Below are positions 46,714-58,996 of a stretch of DNA of 64,000 bases, in pieces; the stretch's first letter is position 1; each line of letters starts with the position of its first letter. Below the pieces are notes generated by a model. It was given only the letters and a program-made list of their open reading frames with translations. It was not told the DNA's origin and ran no database searches. This DNA is from Selaginella moellendorffii (Eukaryota > Plantae > Lycopodiophyta), in assembly GCF_000143415.4 (NCBI RefSeq), contig NW_003314304.1:1416841-1480840 (forward strand), read 5' to 3'. Made by a program: the position numbers and the translations under genes.

Positions 46714-48628
46714 ATGGCATTCTTCTCAATAGATTCGTCTTGTGCGCTATGGCGCTTCCATTTTTTAGGTTTGCGCGCGCGCGCCAGGGATCTGTGCGAT
46801 GTGCCGCTCAAGAAGCGGCGCCACGATCTCATCTGGAAGAAGCAGCGCGTCCGTGTCGCCAAGGCGAGGTATGGATCGATCGATGTGAGTTTTTGCATCA
46901 TGGCAGCGCAACGATAGCTGAAATCGATCTCTTTCTGGAGCAGGCCAGAGAGCTACTGCTACGATCGCCTCCTCCCTTGCCCTGGCGATGATCTCCCAGT
47001 GCGCATCGAGCATCTCTTCGTGGAAAAGAATGGGAATGTGGTGGATTACCTTTGCCAGGCTTTGTCACTGCCATCTCTGTGAGTAGCAAGCATTGTTCTT
47101 CGTATCATTGCGTGAGTAACTTTATTCTTTTCTCGCGTTTGTGTAGATATGTGAATGATTTGATCGAGTTTGGAGCTGTCTACCATGCGCTGCGATGCTC
47201 CGAGCCGCCCGAGACCGCTCCAAAGGAGCATATGGAGTTTTACAAGAGAGCTCTGGCTATGGATTTGCCTCGCGTGAAAGGAATGTCGGTCCAGGAATCA
47301 CAAAAGGCTCGAAGAATCGTGAGTAAGCACGAAGAAGTTGAGGCTGGCTCTTACATGCGAGTACACGTCCATCCCCGGCGTTTTCCCAGGCAAGAAACTC
47401 TGGCTGGTTGCTTTTTCTCTCTTGTTTATACTCGTGTCTTCTTTGTGGTTAGATGCTATGAAGTGGACTGGAAATCCAGGATCCTGGCCGAGAATGATCT
47501 CTTTGTGGTCTTGGACAAACCAGCTGGTGTGTCGGTATGTGATTTTTTTTTCTCATCTAGAATGGATTCGTGAAAGAAAAATCTATGATTTCGTTCAGGT
47601 TGGAGGCAGTGTTGATAATCTGGAGGAATCGTGTGTCACTTTTGCATCTCGAGCACTTGGCATGGCGTTTCCTCTGCTCGTTACGCACCAGATTGACAAC
47701 TGCACTGAAGGATGGTAAAGGTTTGCTTTGCAAACTTATTTAGTTCATTGCTTTCTCTTCTCAAAAAGTTTTTTTTTTGTCCTGCTGGCGTAGTGTCGTT
47801 CTTGCCAAGGATAAGGATTTCGTCTCGAACTTCAATCGGCTGCTACGGGTCTGAGATTGAAAACTTTTATCTTTTCTCAATTCCGAGCTTAACAGATTGG
47901 AAAAAAACAGACTAGAAAGGTGGACAAACGGTACCTTGTTCTGGCGGCTTCCCCAGTTCCGCTAGGAATCGTGAGCCATTACATGCGACCGGATCATTTC
48001 GCTCCTCATCTTTTAAGTCAAGGTATCGTAGTAACCATGCCAGGGACTGCTACTAAGTAATCACCTTTGCAGACAAACGCCAAGGATGGCACTTGTGCTC
48101 GATGGAAGTCTTGCAATGCCACCAAGTAGAATGGCCGTCGGAGGCACGACTACGCGAGAATGGTGTCAGCAATTGCGAGTTGGAGCACGATGGTCACGCT
48201 TACGAATGCGAAGTAAAACTTCTCACCGGGAAAACACACCAGGTTCTATACAGCTCTCTCTTTTCTTCTCCGACATACATACCAAGCTTTTTAACTCTCA
48301 GGTTCGAGCTCAATTCGCTGCTCTAGGAGCTCCCATTCTCGGCGACACGATTTACATCCCAGCTGCGATTGCTCGTCGGCAAAACCGTGCGATCGATCCG
48401 GTTCTTCGAGACGATGGCCAGTGGAGCGAAGAGCGAGAAGAGAGATGGATCCTTCACCATGGATCCAGCGCTCCCAAGCTAGCGATCGGCCTCCAGGCAT
48501 CGTCCATTTCGTGGATTGGCGACACAACCATCGATATCCTCCTGGTGGACGAAGAACCGATTGATCGAGAAAGCTCACAAAGTAACTTTAGTTTCCACGC
48601 AAGCAGTCCTTGGTGGAGAGCTACGTAA
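46714..48628 (+). CDS. RluA-family organellar RNA pseudouridine synthase (PUS6-like), paralog B
   Basis: YDRLLPCP, RVHVHPRRFPR, VLDKPAG, HQIDNCTEG, LLTGKTHQ|VRAQ and GDTIY. GC-AG intron at 47390-47452. Confidence 0.88.
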
Positions 48629-48824
48629 AACTTTTGCCACGGTAATTAACTGTATGGTAGAATATGAATCCGTCGATTTGATGGAATCTGGGCCGTCGAT
48701 TCGCGCCAGTGGACAATTGGAGCTTTTTTAGCTCCCTTTAGGGTTTAGAGGGAGGAGGCGATGGCGATGGCGATGGCGGGGTAGCGCGCCGAGAGAAAAG
48801 GTACCGGAAATTCGACGCAGAGCT

Positions 48825-50188
48825 ATGGATGCATTCCCGCAATCTCATCATCTCGCGGGAGCCTACGCGAATTCTTCCAGAGCTGCTCCATCCAGCTATT
48901 TCGCGCCGCCGATGACGATTCCGGCCGAGCCCTACGCGGGTAATCTCCCCGCGTCGCTGCCTTTGAATTCCCAGCACCTCTCCGCCCTCAAGCAAGAGGC
49001 CGAATTGGAGGCCTTGCTAAGCTTCCCGGACGATTCTTCCAATCCGGGCGAGAATTTTCCACTTGGCTCGGAGCGGCCGACTTGGGCGGAGGCGGAGCTT
49101 GTTCCAGAGGACGACATCATTGCCACTTGCTGGAATGGCTTTCCCAGCCAGAATGGTGGCCTGCCACAGGTATGAGCTCCTTGTTTTCTCTTGTTTGTGA
49201 TCGATCGAGAGCTTTGTTCTGTGTAGGAGGCTAGTGACATGCCGCCAAACGCTCTTGGATTTGCGAGCCAGCCATCGACGTCCGCTGGCACTGCTGCCTT
49301 GACCACCTCACCGATGCTCAAGCAGCGTTTGAGATGGACTCCGGAGCTACACGAGCGGTTTGTGGATGCTGTGAGCAAGCTCGGTGGCGCTGAAAGTAAG
49401 TCCTTTTGATACATCCATCCATCCATCCATTCTCTGATGTGTTTTTTCTTTTCTTTGATGATAGAAGCGACGCCAAAGGCTATCTTGACAGTCATGGACG
49501 TGCAGGGGATAAACATTCTCCATGTCAAAAGCCACCTCCAGGTGTGTTTTGTGCATTGAGCTTTCATTCCAAAGCTTCAAGCTTTTGTTTGCAGAAGTAT
49601 CGCCTCGTAAAGGACATTCCAAATTATGGCGAAGGTAGCTTTCGTCCGGACATGAATAGTTCATGCTATGACTAAACCCGTGTTTGTGCTTGTGTTTCAG
49701 CAAAACCAGAGAAGAAGAGAAACACTGCTCCAAACTTTGACGCGTAAGCTCTTGGAGGAAGTTTCTTTCTTTTTAGTACTTGTTCCTTATTTCTTTCTCT
49801 GTTGCTTGCTATGGCAGGGCACTGAGGGTGCAAATAGAAGTACAGAAGCAACTACACGCACAGCTGGAGGTAACGTTTTCCCTTTCTTCTTTCCAGTGCA
49901 AAACTCCGGGTCCTGTTCTTTCTCCAGCTACAACGACAATTACAGCTCCAAATTGAAGCACAAGCGAAGAACTTGAAGAACATGTTTGAGTTCCAGCAAA
50001 AGGTTGAGGTGAACCAGCAGTGCAAGAAGGAGCCAGAGGAGGCTGCTCCAGCAGCGCCGCAGTCGACAGTAACCGAGGCTGCAGCTAGCGTCTCGTCAGA
50101 CGCCGAGTGCCTTGAACCGGCCTCCAAGAAATCCAAGATTTCGGAGGAGCAAAGGCAAAATTCTATCACCATTGACGACGAGAGATAG
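48825..50188 (+). CDS. GARP/MYB-CC transcription factor, PHR1-like (PHL)
   Basis: KQRLRWTPELHERFVDAV...ATPK...HVKSHLQ|KYRL SHAQKYF-class MYB plus coiled coil ALRVQIEVQKQLHAQLE|LQRQLQLQIEAQ. Confidence 0.9.
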
Positions 50189-50299
50189 AGATTGTATACT
50201 AGCGGTTTCGTGTCAATGGCATTGCCTCTAGAAAAGGACACCATGCCTCCGAGAATAACTGTAATCTATTCATTTAATTTTCAGCTATAACTTTCAGAG

Positions 50300-50900
50300 A
50301 TCACTCTTGCTGCGCTCTTTGGAAGGTTTGGTACGCTCTTCTGCTTTGGATGCACACTTGACCACTACACAATCTCGGATTGCCGTACCTTAATCTTTAG
50401 GCTCTTTGGCTTGCGAAGCTCCAAAGGATACCTGCGAGCGATGGTGTTTAGATCATTTTTATCTCATAAAAATCGATGAGATACAAACCATCTGCGATTG
50501 TCCATCTGGAACGCATACATCTCGTTCATAAAAACGCTGTGCAGGCAAAAATCATTAGTTTTTCTGATGACCAACACATGCATTCAAACCTTTATCATAA
50601 GTATCAACTACACCGCCAAACAAGATGGCTCGTCTCTTGTGGACAACACGCACAAATATCTCATCTAAATAAACAGCAAGCTGAAAACCAGTTCTAGCTG
50701 AAGGCCAGGAAGCTTTGCCACTGCAAAAGAAAATCAGTTTCGTTGTTAAAAAACAAGGAAGAACGATGAGGGACAGAAACAAACCTTACAATTGTCTAAA
50801 TCCAGCACTTAAAGATCATTGAAGTACCTGTGTCAAAAATTCAATATTAAACATTTACACTGCTGAAACAGCCGACCTTTCTTCCCTCGGCGTGTCATAA
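50300..50900 (-). pseudogene. Kelch-domain protein 4 (KLHDC4-like) pseudogene fragment
   Basis: Spliced pieces YFNDL*VLD, WPSARTGFQ...DEIF joined to VHKRRAILFGGVVD, and FMNEMYAFQMDNRRW|YPLELRK. Contains a premature stop and an apparent internal deletion. Confidence 0.7.
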
Positions 50901-51047
50901 AATCCACCAAATGGAATCATTTTATGTTTGTTTATGGTCTTGTCCTTTCCGTTTAATTCCTAAATTAACTCTTACATTACCGCTGGCATATGCACTGCTG
51001 GCAAGGTTCATGCTCTCCACTGCCCCTTCGATCCAGGGCAAACTTCC

Positions 51048-54000
51048 ATGGAGGAGGAGCGACGAGAGATCTGCTGTGCCTCTGTCAAGGAGATCAAGGA
51101 GGCTCTCGCAGCGAAGCGGGACAACAAGCGGCACTTCAATGCGATTCATTTTTTTTGTGGGCAGATCTCGAGGCTGGAGGCGCTTGACTCATCCAAAGGT
51201 GAGTTTGTTGATCAGGTGAGTGCTACCGTCGAGAGTTTTGGAGGCACAGAGGAGGATCTGATTGGTGTGCTCAACTGGTGCATTTCAAATCCGCCCTGTT
51301 TAGACAGGGCTCTGGATGTGGGAGATGCTCCTGGTGATGGCAGTTCGTCTGCTGCTGCTGCTGCTGCTGCTGCTCACATTGACATTCTCAAGGCCGCTTT
51401 GGTACCACAGCTCGACATCAGATTCATCCACTTCGCTGCCAGGGTCGCTTGTAGGTTGGGCATTCCCAGTGATCGAATGCAAAGGGTGGCAGAGGGCATT
51501 GCTCCTCCTCAGCAGGGACAGGATATTGGCCAGATTGAGGTGCAGAGGTTTGCAAAGCTGATGATGACAGAGGAATTCAAAGTCTTCAAAGGGCTAGGTT
51601 TCTATTGGGAAGGCAAAGACATCCTCACACCACCTCAGGAGCTTGAGTTGGCCTTTGCTCAGCTCGACTGCTTGACATACCTCTTCTTGCGCAATGTTCG
51701 GAACCCAGAGACTCTCGTCCTTAGGAAAGCAGGAAACAACTTGAAACGTCTCGAATTGCTGGCGAACAGGATGACAGTGGAAGGATTTGGGAAATTGAGT
51801 AGGGATCTGGCAAGTCAGGAGTGCAAGGTGGAAGAGTTAGCCATCGTTCTGGATGAGGGCATTGCCAAGGAAGGGTGGGAACAGGCATTTCAGAATGGCA
51901 TTTGCAATAAGCTAGTAGAACTGAGGGCATCGTTTCCAGAGGGGGCAGGTGAAGCACTCTTCAAGGCACTCACTTGTCCAAACTGTTCGCTCCGAAGACT
52001 ACACCTAGATGAGGAAAGTGATGCTGCAGTGTTGCCATGGGTATGCAAGGCTCTTCAGGAGGGCACCAGCCTGTCAGTTTTAGATTGCCGAAGACAGAGT
52101 GAGGACCTGAGCAATGCAACGGGCCTGGGTGAGGCCCTGAGCAGCGCTAAGTGTGGCTTGGAGGAACTCAGCGTTACTCTTTATCCAGGTGATGGTGGTG
52201 GATGGTTGGGCAAAGCGCTACAAAATCCCAATTGCAAGCTGATCAAGCTCAACCTTGAACTTGATTGTCCCAACGAGGGAGGAGGAATGGTCTGTGACAG
52301 CAGTCTGTGGTCAGCTCTCTCAAGCCCACATTGTAAGCTGCGCCATTTGGAAATAAGTGGTATCTCGGGAAGAGAGTTACCGTTGGAGATTGCCAAGGGC
52401 ATAGAGAAGAGCCAACTGGAGCATTTGGGTATATGGAGGTGCAAAATCACGAATGGGGAGCTCTTTTGGAAAGCTATCACCAGCTGCAAGTCTCTGAAAG
52501 CTTTGTCATGTCACTCGGAACTGCCATGGAGGTGCCTTTTGGGAAGCAGCATTGAAGACTTGGAAATACGTCAGGAAGAAATTGAAAAGCTGGAAGAGCT
52601 TTGCCAGTTGCTGGGGGATCCAAAATGCAAGGTGCGCAGATTCAGGGCTCCTTTTCTTAGAAGTGATGCACAGAAAAGACAAATTCTGGCTGCCCTGGAG
52701 GAAAACTACCAAAGCCTCGTGGAAGAGCTTGATATAGGCAGTGATTCCGAAGCTTCTGAAGCTTTCAAGCAGAGGTGTTCTGGTCTTTTAGAGCGGAATG
52801 CAATCTTCCAGCAGAGTGCATTCAAAGACTTTGGCAACCCGTCAACAGCAAAGCTCTTCTTGTGTGGTGCTAGCAGGGTTGGAAAGACCACAATAAAAAA
52901 AAACCTCTGCCGCAGAGTGTCTTGGTTTCCATCATGTCTCCAAAGGCATGCTTCAACAGCAGGCATTGAGCTGCAACCACTTGTCTATGCGACCACCAAA
53001 CAAAAGCTGCTCATTTGCGACCTGGCTGGACAGGAAGAGTTCCATGCTTTCCACCAGTACTTTCTCAGAGGAAGTGAGAAGGATCTCTTCTTGATCGTAT
53101 GCAAGGTGGAGGATGACAATTGTGAGGTTTTCAAGCAGAATTTGGTTTACTGGCTGAGGTTCATCGCTTCACATCAATCAGCCTCACCCAAAAGGAAGCC
53201 CAGGGTCTTGATTGCCTTGAACTTTTTCACTCCAGAACCCGACTTTGACCCAAAGGAGGTGGTTTCTGCAATAATCTCCGACAAAGGCTATGGGCAAGTA
53301 CTTGAGTTTGGGACAGATCTTTGTTTTGAGGTGGTGGCCACTCAAGTGAAAGATTTAAGGGGGATAAAAACCATGTTGGGGAGTTGCTTGGAAGAACTGC
53401 TGTCAGCCCAGCAACAAATACCACAGGAATGTCTCAAAGCAAAGAGGAAATTGGTACAAGATCCAAGTCACAAGAAGGTCATACCCCTAGATAAAGTTGG
53501 CAAAATCCTCTTGCCTCACAGCAGTTCCAAGAATGTTCTCAAATTCGTCTTGCAATTTCTACATGATTCTGGTGATGCAATTTACTTTGGCTTGGGACAT
53601 GAAGAGGACGACATTGTGTCTCAATTTGTCATCTTAGATGTCCAATGGTTTATCAAGGATGTGGTGCAACTCTTCATACATACTGAGACAAGCAAACTCA
53701 AAAGTCAAATGGAAACACACAGAGTTAAACATCAGTTGAAGCAACAATGTGGGAACCAAGACAAAATAGTGGAGTACATTCTTGGAGTGCTCCATGAGAT
53801 GGGAGTGATATTGCCTTGGGATGATACATGGGATGGGAATTGGCATAACTTGCCCAAAGAGTTGATAATGCCAACACTATTGCAAGAAGAATATTCACCT
53901 CCAGAATATTTATTATTGCCATCAGTGCCAATTGACACTCAAAAAAACCACAACTACTGGGGCAGGAGGTTTGAATGCAAAGACAAGGACTTGAAATTGT

Positions 54001-55405
54001 TTCCTGCAAGTATTTTCACAAAGATCCAAGTTAAACTTCACAAATTAAGCAAGCAAGGTATCAGGCTTGGGAATGGATGGGTGGCTTTGAAAGAAAACCT
54101 TATCGAGACAATTGTGAGAGTTGGGGGAGACACAGATAATTGGAAAGATAGGCAATGGGTTGATGTCATCATCTATTACCCAAAAGAGGTAGAGAATGCA
54201 CCAAGGCCAGATTTGGAAAAAGAAGCTGAAGGATGGATGGAAAAAATTAGAAATTGCATTATTGGGGTATGCATGGAGGATTGCCCATTTTTGGAAATTG
54301 AAGAAAATGTGATAAGGCGTGGTTATGTGTGGAAAAGGATACTAAATAAGGTAGGTAAACCAAAATCATGGGATGCAGTTATTTGTCCACTAAAGCAAGT
54401 CAAATATGAAGCAAGAGAAAGAGGTTTAGACTACTCCCACACTTGGAATTATTCACATGAAGTAGAGAGTTGGGATGTGATTAGTGATTTGAAGGTCTCA
54501 GATGAGAATGCTTTGGCCAAGTTATTGATGCCCAATGAGCAAAAACATGAAGTGGTGAATAAGTTTGTTGAACTTCATGAACTCTTGAAGGACTATAAGG
54601 AGGTTGGAGAAGTCACAATTCCCAAGGCATCATCAGATGTTATCGAGTTTCCAAATGTTGAAGACTTAAAACTTGATGCAATCTTTAGATATATTAAGAA
54701 TCGTTTTGATAAGGTGGATATGAAACTTGATGACATTGAAGTAAGCATTAACAAGCTCAAGAATGAACTCAAGTGTACCATGGAGAAAGTGAATACAATC
54801 CATACAACATGTTTGCAGGTATTATTGAAATTGGAGACAGATTGCCCAAAATATCCATATATTCTTGATGAGAATAATAGGTGGAAAAATTACAGTAAAA
54901 TACTGGGAACACATGTTAAACTTCACTACTTGTGTGAATGGCCTAGAGGAACTTATACTCAGGGAACTAAAGGTCATCAAGTGAAGAGTTCTATAGGTGT
55001 TGAATTGGATCTCCCACCAAATTGGCTCAAGAAATTTGCTCCAATACTTAAACATACATTGATCCTATTATTTATTGGGGCCAAAGTTGGAGGATATTTT
55101 GTTGGTGTTGGAGAGATAATGAATGCAATGGTGGATGAAATCAAGGGAAGCCTTATAAGCTTTTTGGATGCATGTCTTCTCAAAAGCAAGCTAACTACAA
55201 ATCCCAAAGCAGAAGATGTGCAAGAAATATTTAAGCTAGTGATAACTAAATTTGAGAAAAAAGAAAAGCAGGAGACAATCATGGAAAAATATTTTGCTCT
55301 TCATCCCATAATCCTAGAGGGAAGAAAAATATGGGTTTGCAAAGGTATTTAGTATTTAAGTTTTTTGTTTTATCTAACAAATACTATTCTAAAGCAGATC
55401 ATTAA
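51048..55405 (+). CDS. TORNADO1-like ROCO protein (RNI-like LRR - Roc GTPase - COR - coiled coil - C-terminal domain)
   Basis: LRR-like units (CSLRRLHL, CKLRHLEI), P-loop KLFLCGASRVGKTT, switch STAGI, DLAGQEEF and COR-like FLHDSGDAIYF. A predicted 53-nt terminal intron (55345-55397) gives the C-terminus WVCKDH*. Confidence 0.85.
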
Positions 55406-56055
55406 TCTATATTTTTATAAGGTGGTTTTGCAAAATGAAGGTAAATAAATATGCTTTATATAGTTATTACTATATGTCTTTAATATGATTGGGTTATATT
55501 TTGTAGCAGAAGTTGATGAGGTAAGTTTATATTATTGCTCTAAAATATTCTTCATATTTATTCTAATGTTCCAAGTTTATTTCAGTGTTGAATGCTTAAT
55601 AATCTAAGTGAAGGAAAATCTAGTTAAATGATTTCATATTAACAACATTTCGATATGAAAACTAAAATTGGGAAAAAAAGGTGATCAGAAGACAAATATT
55701 TTAATATCTATCTCATAATCTTGGATGATAAAACAATATGAATTTACAAAGGTATTTTACATTGAAACATATCTATATTTTTAATTTTATCTAACAGAGA
55801 CTATTAGGGCATTTAAAATAAATCATTGATTATATTAATTTTTGAGGCTATTTGACAAGGCAATGATAAATCAAACGTCATCTATATAGTTATAGCTATG
55901 GCAAAATGTTATTTTTATTATAATTATGCTACATTTCCTAGTATAAGTTGGATAAGGTATCTTTGCATATTGCTTTAAATTTTTTTTTCATATTTATTTT
56001 GATGTTTCAATATTGAATGCTTTAAAAAACATCTACTCAGGTGATTTCATGTTAA
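55365..56055 (+). repeat. AT-rich diverged tandem duplication, ~420-bp period
   Basis: ttttatctaaca, tatatagttat, tcatatttatt, ttgaatgctt and tgatttcat occur in the same order at ~55368-55640 and ~55786-56053. Confidence 0.55.
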
Positions 56056-56061
56056 TTTATG

Positions 56062-57290
56062 CAAAGCCTTCCTCCACTGGCTCATGATCATCTTTGATCT
56101 TGATGGAACAAATGCTTTTTGTTTCTTCTTCAATGCGCGCTGGGCCACAGATTAATTCCATGACTCACTTCTGGTGTTCTCTACTGGAAGATCACTGACA
56201 AGTATCACCTGCTAAGGTGATGTGGCCACTGCTCACGCTGGAGTTCACAATCTTGTCTATGGGGACGGAGATTATGTACGGCAATACCATGGCGCCAGAT
56301 TCTGGATGGGAGCAAGAACTAAACAAGGGGTGAGATAGGGCTATTTGGAAAAGACTTCCAAGTTTCCAAAGCTTACATTCCAGGTAGAAAGATTTCATAT
56401 CCTCTTTTTGATTGTGTTTACAACATTTTTCTCTATCTCGTCCTAGCTTTTTTTATTTTTTTTCCTGTAGGAACTAACAGAACAGCGACCTCACAAAGTC
56501 AGCTTCAAGCTGAAGAAGGCAGAGGCTCCTCGGGTTGTGGAGACACTGTTGAAGAGATTGAATGAGTGTGGGGCAAGTTTTTAGAGGATCGTTCAAAGCT
56601 TTTGTGATCTAATCCTTTTTCTTTTTTTCTTCCAGTTGGATGAATATGTACATATGGATGGATTTTTACATGTATATGTAAAAATCATATACAGTGGAGG
56701 ACAGGAAAGGGAGGTTCTCCCTTGAGCAGCTTTCGAGATCTTTGGCAGAGGCGCTGATCTTTCGTGCCACCGAAAGATGGGCTTCAGGAATCTTACAAGC
56801 TATCCAAGAGTACAGGGATGCCGACTTACTGGAGCCAGCTCACTGCTGGAGGGTTGATCTGACGTGAAGTGGTGCTACTGTATGAGATGGTTATGAGGCG
56901 AGGTTGAAAGCTCCCACGAGGTGTTTGAACACTTGAAAAGGCCAATGGTAAGTTCCTCGTGTTTAGTAGTTTTGGATGCTTCAGCAATGAAATGGCTGGC
57001 AGGCCCCTGACTCAACGCTGGTCACTCCGTGCGGACTAGAAGACGTAGGAGCGTTGAGATTCTACGTCTCCTCCACGGTATTCACAGGGGAAAGAACTTC
57101 TGTATGTAGGTTGATCGAATTGTGCGACGAAGGTTGGGGACGTTACTTGGGTTGTCAAGTTTGATAAGTACCAGCGAACTGGTACGTTAAGTTCTTTCTG
57201 AGTCATATGCATTATTCTTTTGCATTCCAGACGAAGAGCTGAATTATCACTTGACAACTGCCGTGTTTCAATATAAGGTGGCGTTCTTAT
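56062..57290 (+). pseudogene. SPP: Sucrose-phosphate phosphatase pseudogene
   Basis: LMIIFDLD, HDSLLVFSTGRS, SMGTEIMYGNTMAPDSGWEQELN, TEQRPHKVSF and KIIYSGG, then a jump to RATERWASGILQAI. Stops, frameshifts and loss of the HAD motif-IV region. Confidence 0.8.
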
Positions 57291-58234
57291 CGCTTTGTTT
57301 TGGTGGAGTTATTCAGCTTTGCTTCTCTTACAGGATGACATGCCTTATGCGAGTGTATTACGAAACGTGGCTTGATGGTTATGCGGGAAGACCTTTGGTC
57401 CTAATGTAGGAGGCACAGCCAACGATAGGCGAAAAATAAGCACGAGTCATCGGCCAGGTGGCCATGTAAAAGTTATCAGCTCTGGAATCTAATTTTGTGG
57501 ATGCTGCTGTGTGTGCAGTGGCATACAAATATATTCCAGGTTTACTGAGATTGATATATGGTGAAGAAAAACGAGACAGATGCCCACTCAGGCCAGTGTG
57601 GAGCCCCTACTGCGACGATCGATGGTCGAGGTCGACTTACAACGCATTGAAAAGGAGCCAGTTCTACACTTAATGGAATGGAATGTGGATCCAAACGCAC
57701 ACGCGTGTACATTCCATCTATGATCGACAAGTCTTTAATAATCCACTCCAAACGGTAGTGTCACTTGCGACAAGACGAGGGTATGTTTACACATTTATAC
57801 TCATCCATTCATGGTGGTTGCTGTAGAACAGGGTGACATCAGGATCAAAAGCGAGAATCAGGCACACTCAGGTCGGAACGACAGGGATCAAACTCATCAG
57901 TAGCAACGGAGAGGTTTGTATTCTGGATTTAAATCGCGTCTCTCAGCAAGCTTTCGATGAACAGCAAATGGAAGGAGAAAAAGCCCGGCGGGTTGGGGTC
58001 CACGTCGTCAACAAAACGATGCGGATCAATGTTAAAAACACACAGGCTGGTACGTGCAATGCTTTACAGCCAGAAGTTTTGGCTTTCTTAGCGAAGAATC
58101 GTGCAGAATCTGGCAAGGAAAAGGAAAAGTATAATCGGGCCACTAACAAGGTGGAGCATTGCGAATGGAAGATAAGCTAAAATGCATTTATTTTCGTTCT
58201 CTTTCTTTCTCCGTGGTATGGGGGACTTCTCTCA

Positions 58235-58256
58235 GCATATCCCGAGCTGCATATCC
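58235..58256 (+). promoter_or_regulatory. Tandem P1BS (GNATATNC) phosphate-starvation elements upstream of PHO1
   Basis: GCATATCC at 58235-58242 and 58249-58256, ~110 bp upstream of TATAAAA (58366-58372). Confidence 0.7.
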
Positions 58257-58996
58257 AGTGATTCAAAGCAAAGTTCTCACCCTTATACCCCCTTTGATGA
58301 TAGTCGGGCAATTATCACACCACTATTCTTCCATGTCTTGTGTGTCTCTAGTCGGCCAACCAGAGTATAAAATGCGACCACCACCTTCATTGCAAACTCC
58401 CCCCGCTCCCTCTTCCTCTCGCAAAGGAGAGAAGGCTCCGAGTTTTTGAGTGAGCAAAGGGCTCTCACCTCGAGAACTCGACAAACTCTCTCGAATCCAA
58501 GCTTGGCTCCTTTGGTTATTCTTCTCTTCGTCCCCTTTCAAGAGTAAGCTTGTTTTGTTTTGCCTCTGTTTTCGTGGTTCTGAGCTTGTGATTCTTTCAG
58601 TTTGGTTGCGCCACTCCGACGAAACAAAAACGTTCCATAAGCGTGATTTCCAGAAAGAGTACGTGCCTCGCTTCCATGCTTTAGATGCTCAAATGATTCT
58701 TTCATTCCCTTTCGCTCGCATAAATTACTCGTGTTGACAAGAAAAGAGTTGAAGTGTGTGTGAGAGAGAGAGCTGTGTGTGTGTAAGTGTGTAACTTATG
58801 ACAGCTTCTTTTCATGTAGATTCCCCTGCATTCCCTGTCCTTTTGCTTCCTTTTTTTGTTCCATAGGCCAATGGATCGCTTGCTTCTTCTCTCCTCTTGC
58901 ACTCTGCTTCGTCAGTTTCACTCGGGAAAACGTATTCTTAAGTAATTGTTCGTTGGCCTCGGCGAGAAACGAAGGCTTTCCCCCTTTTCTCCAGAG

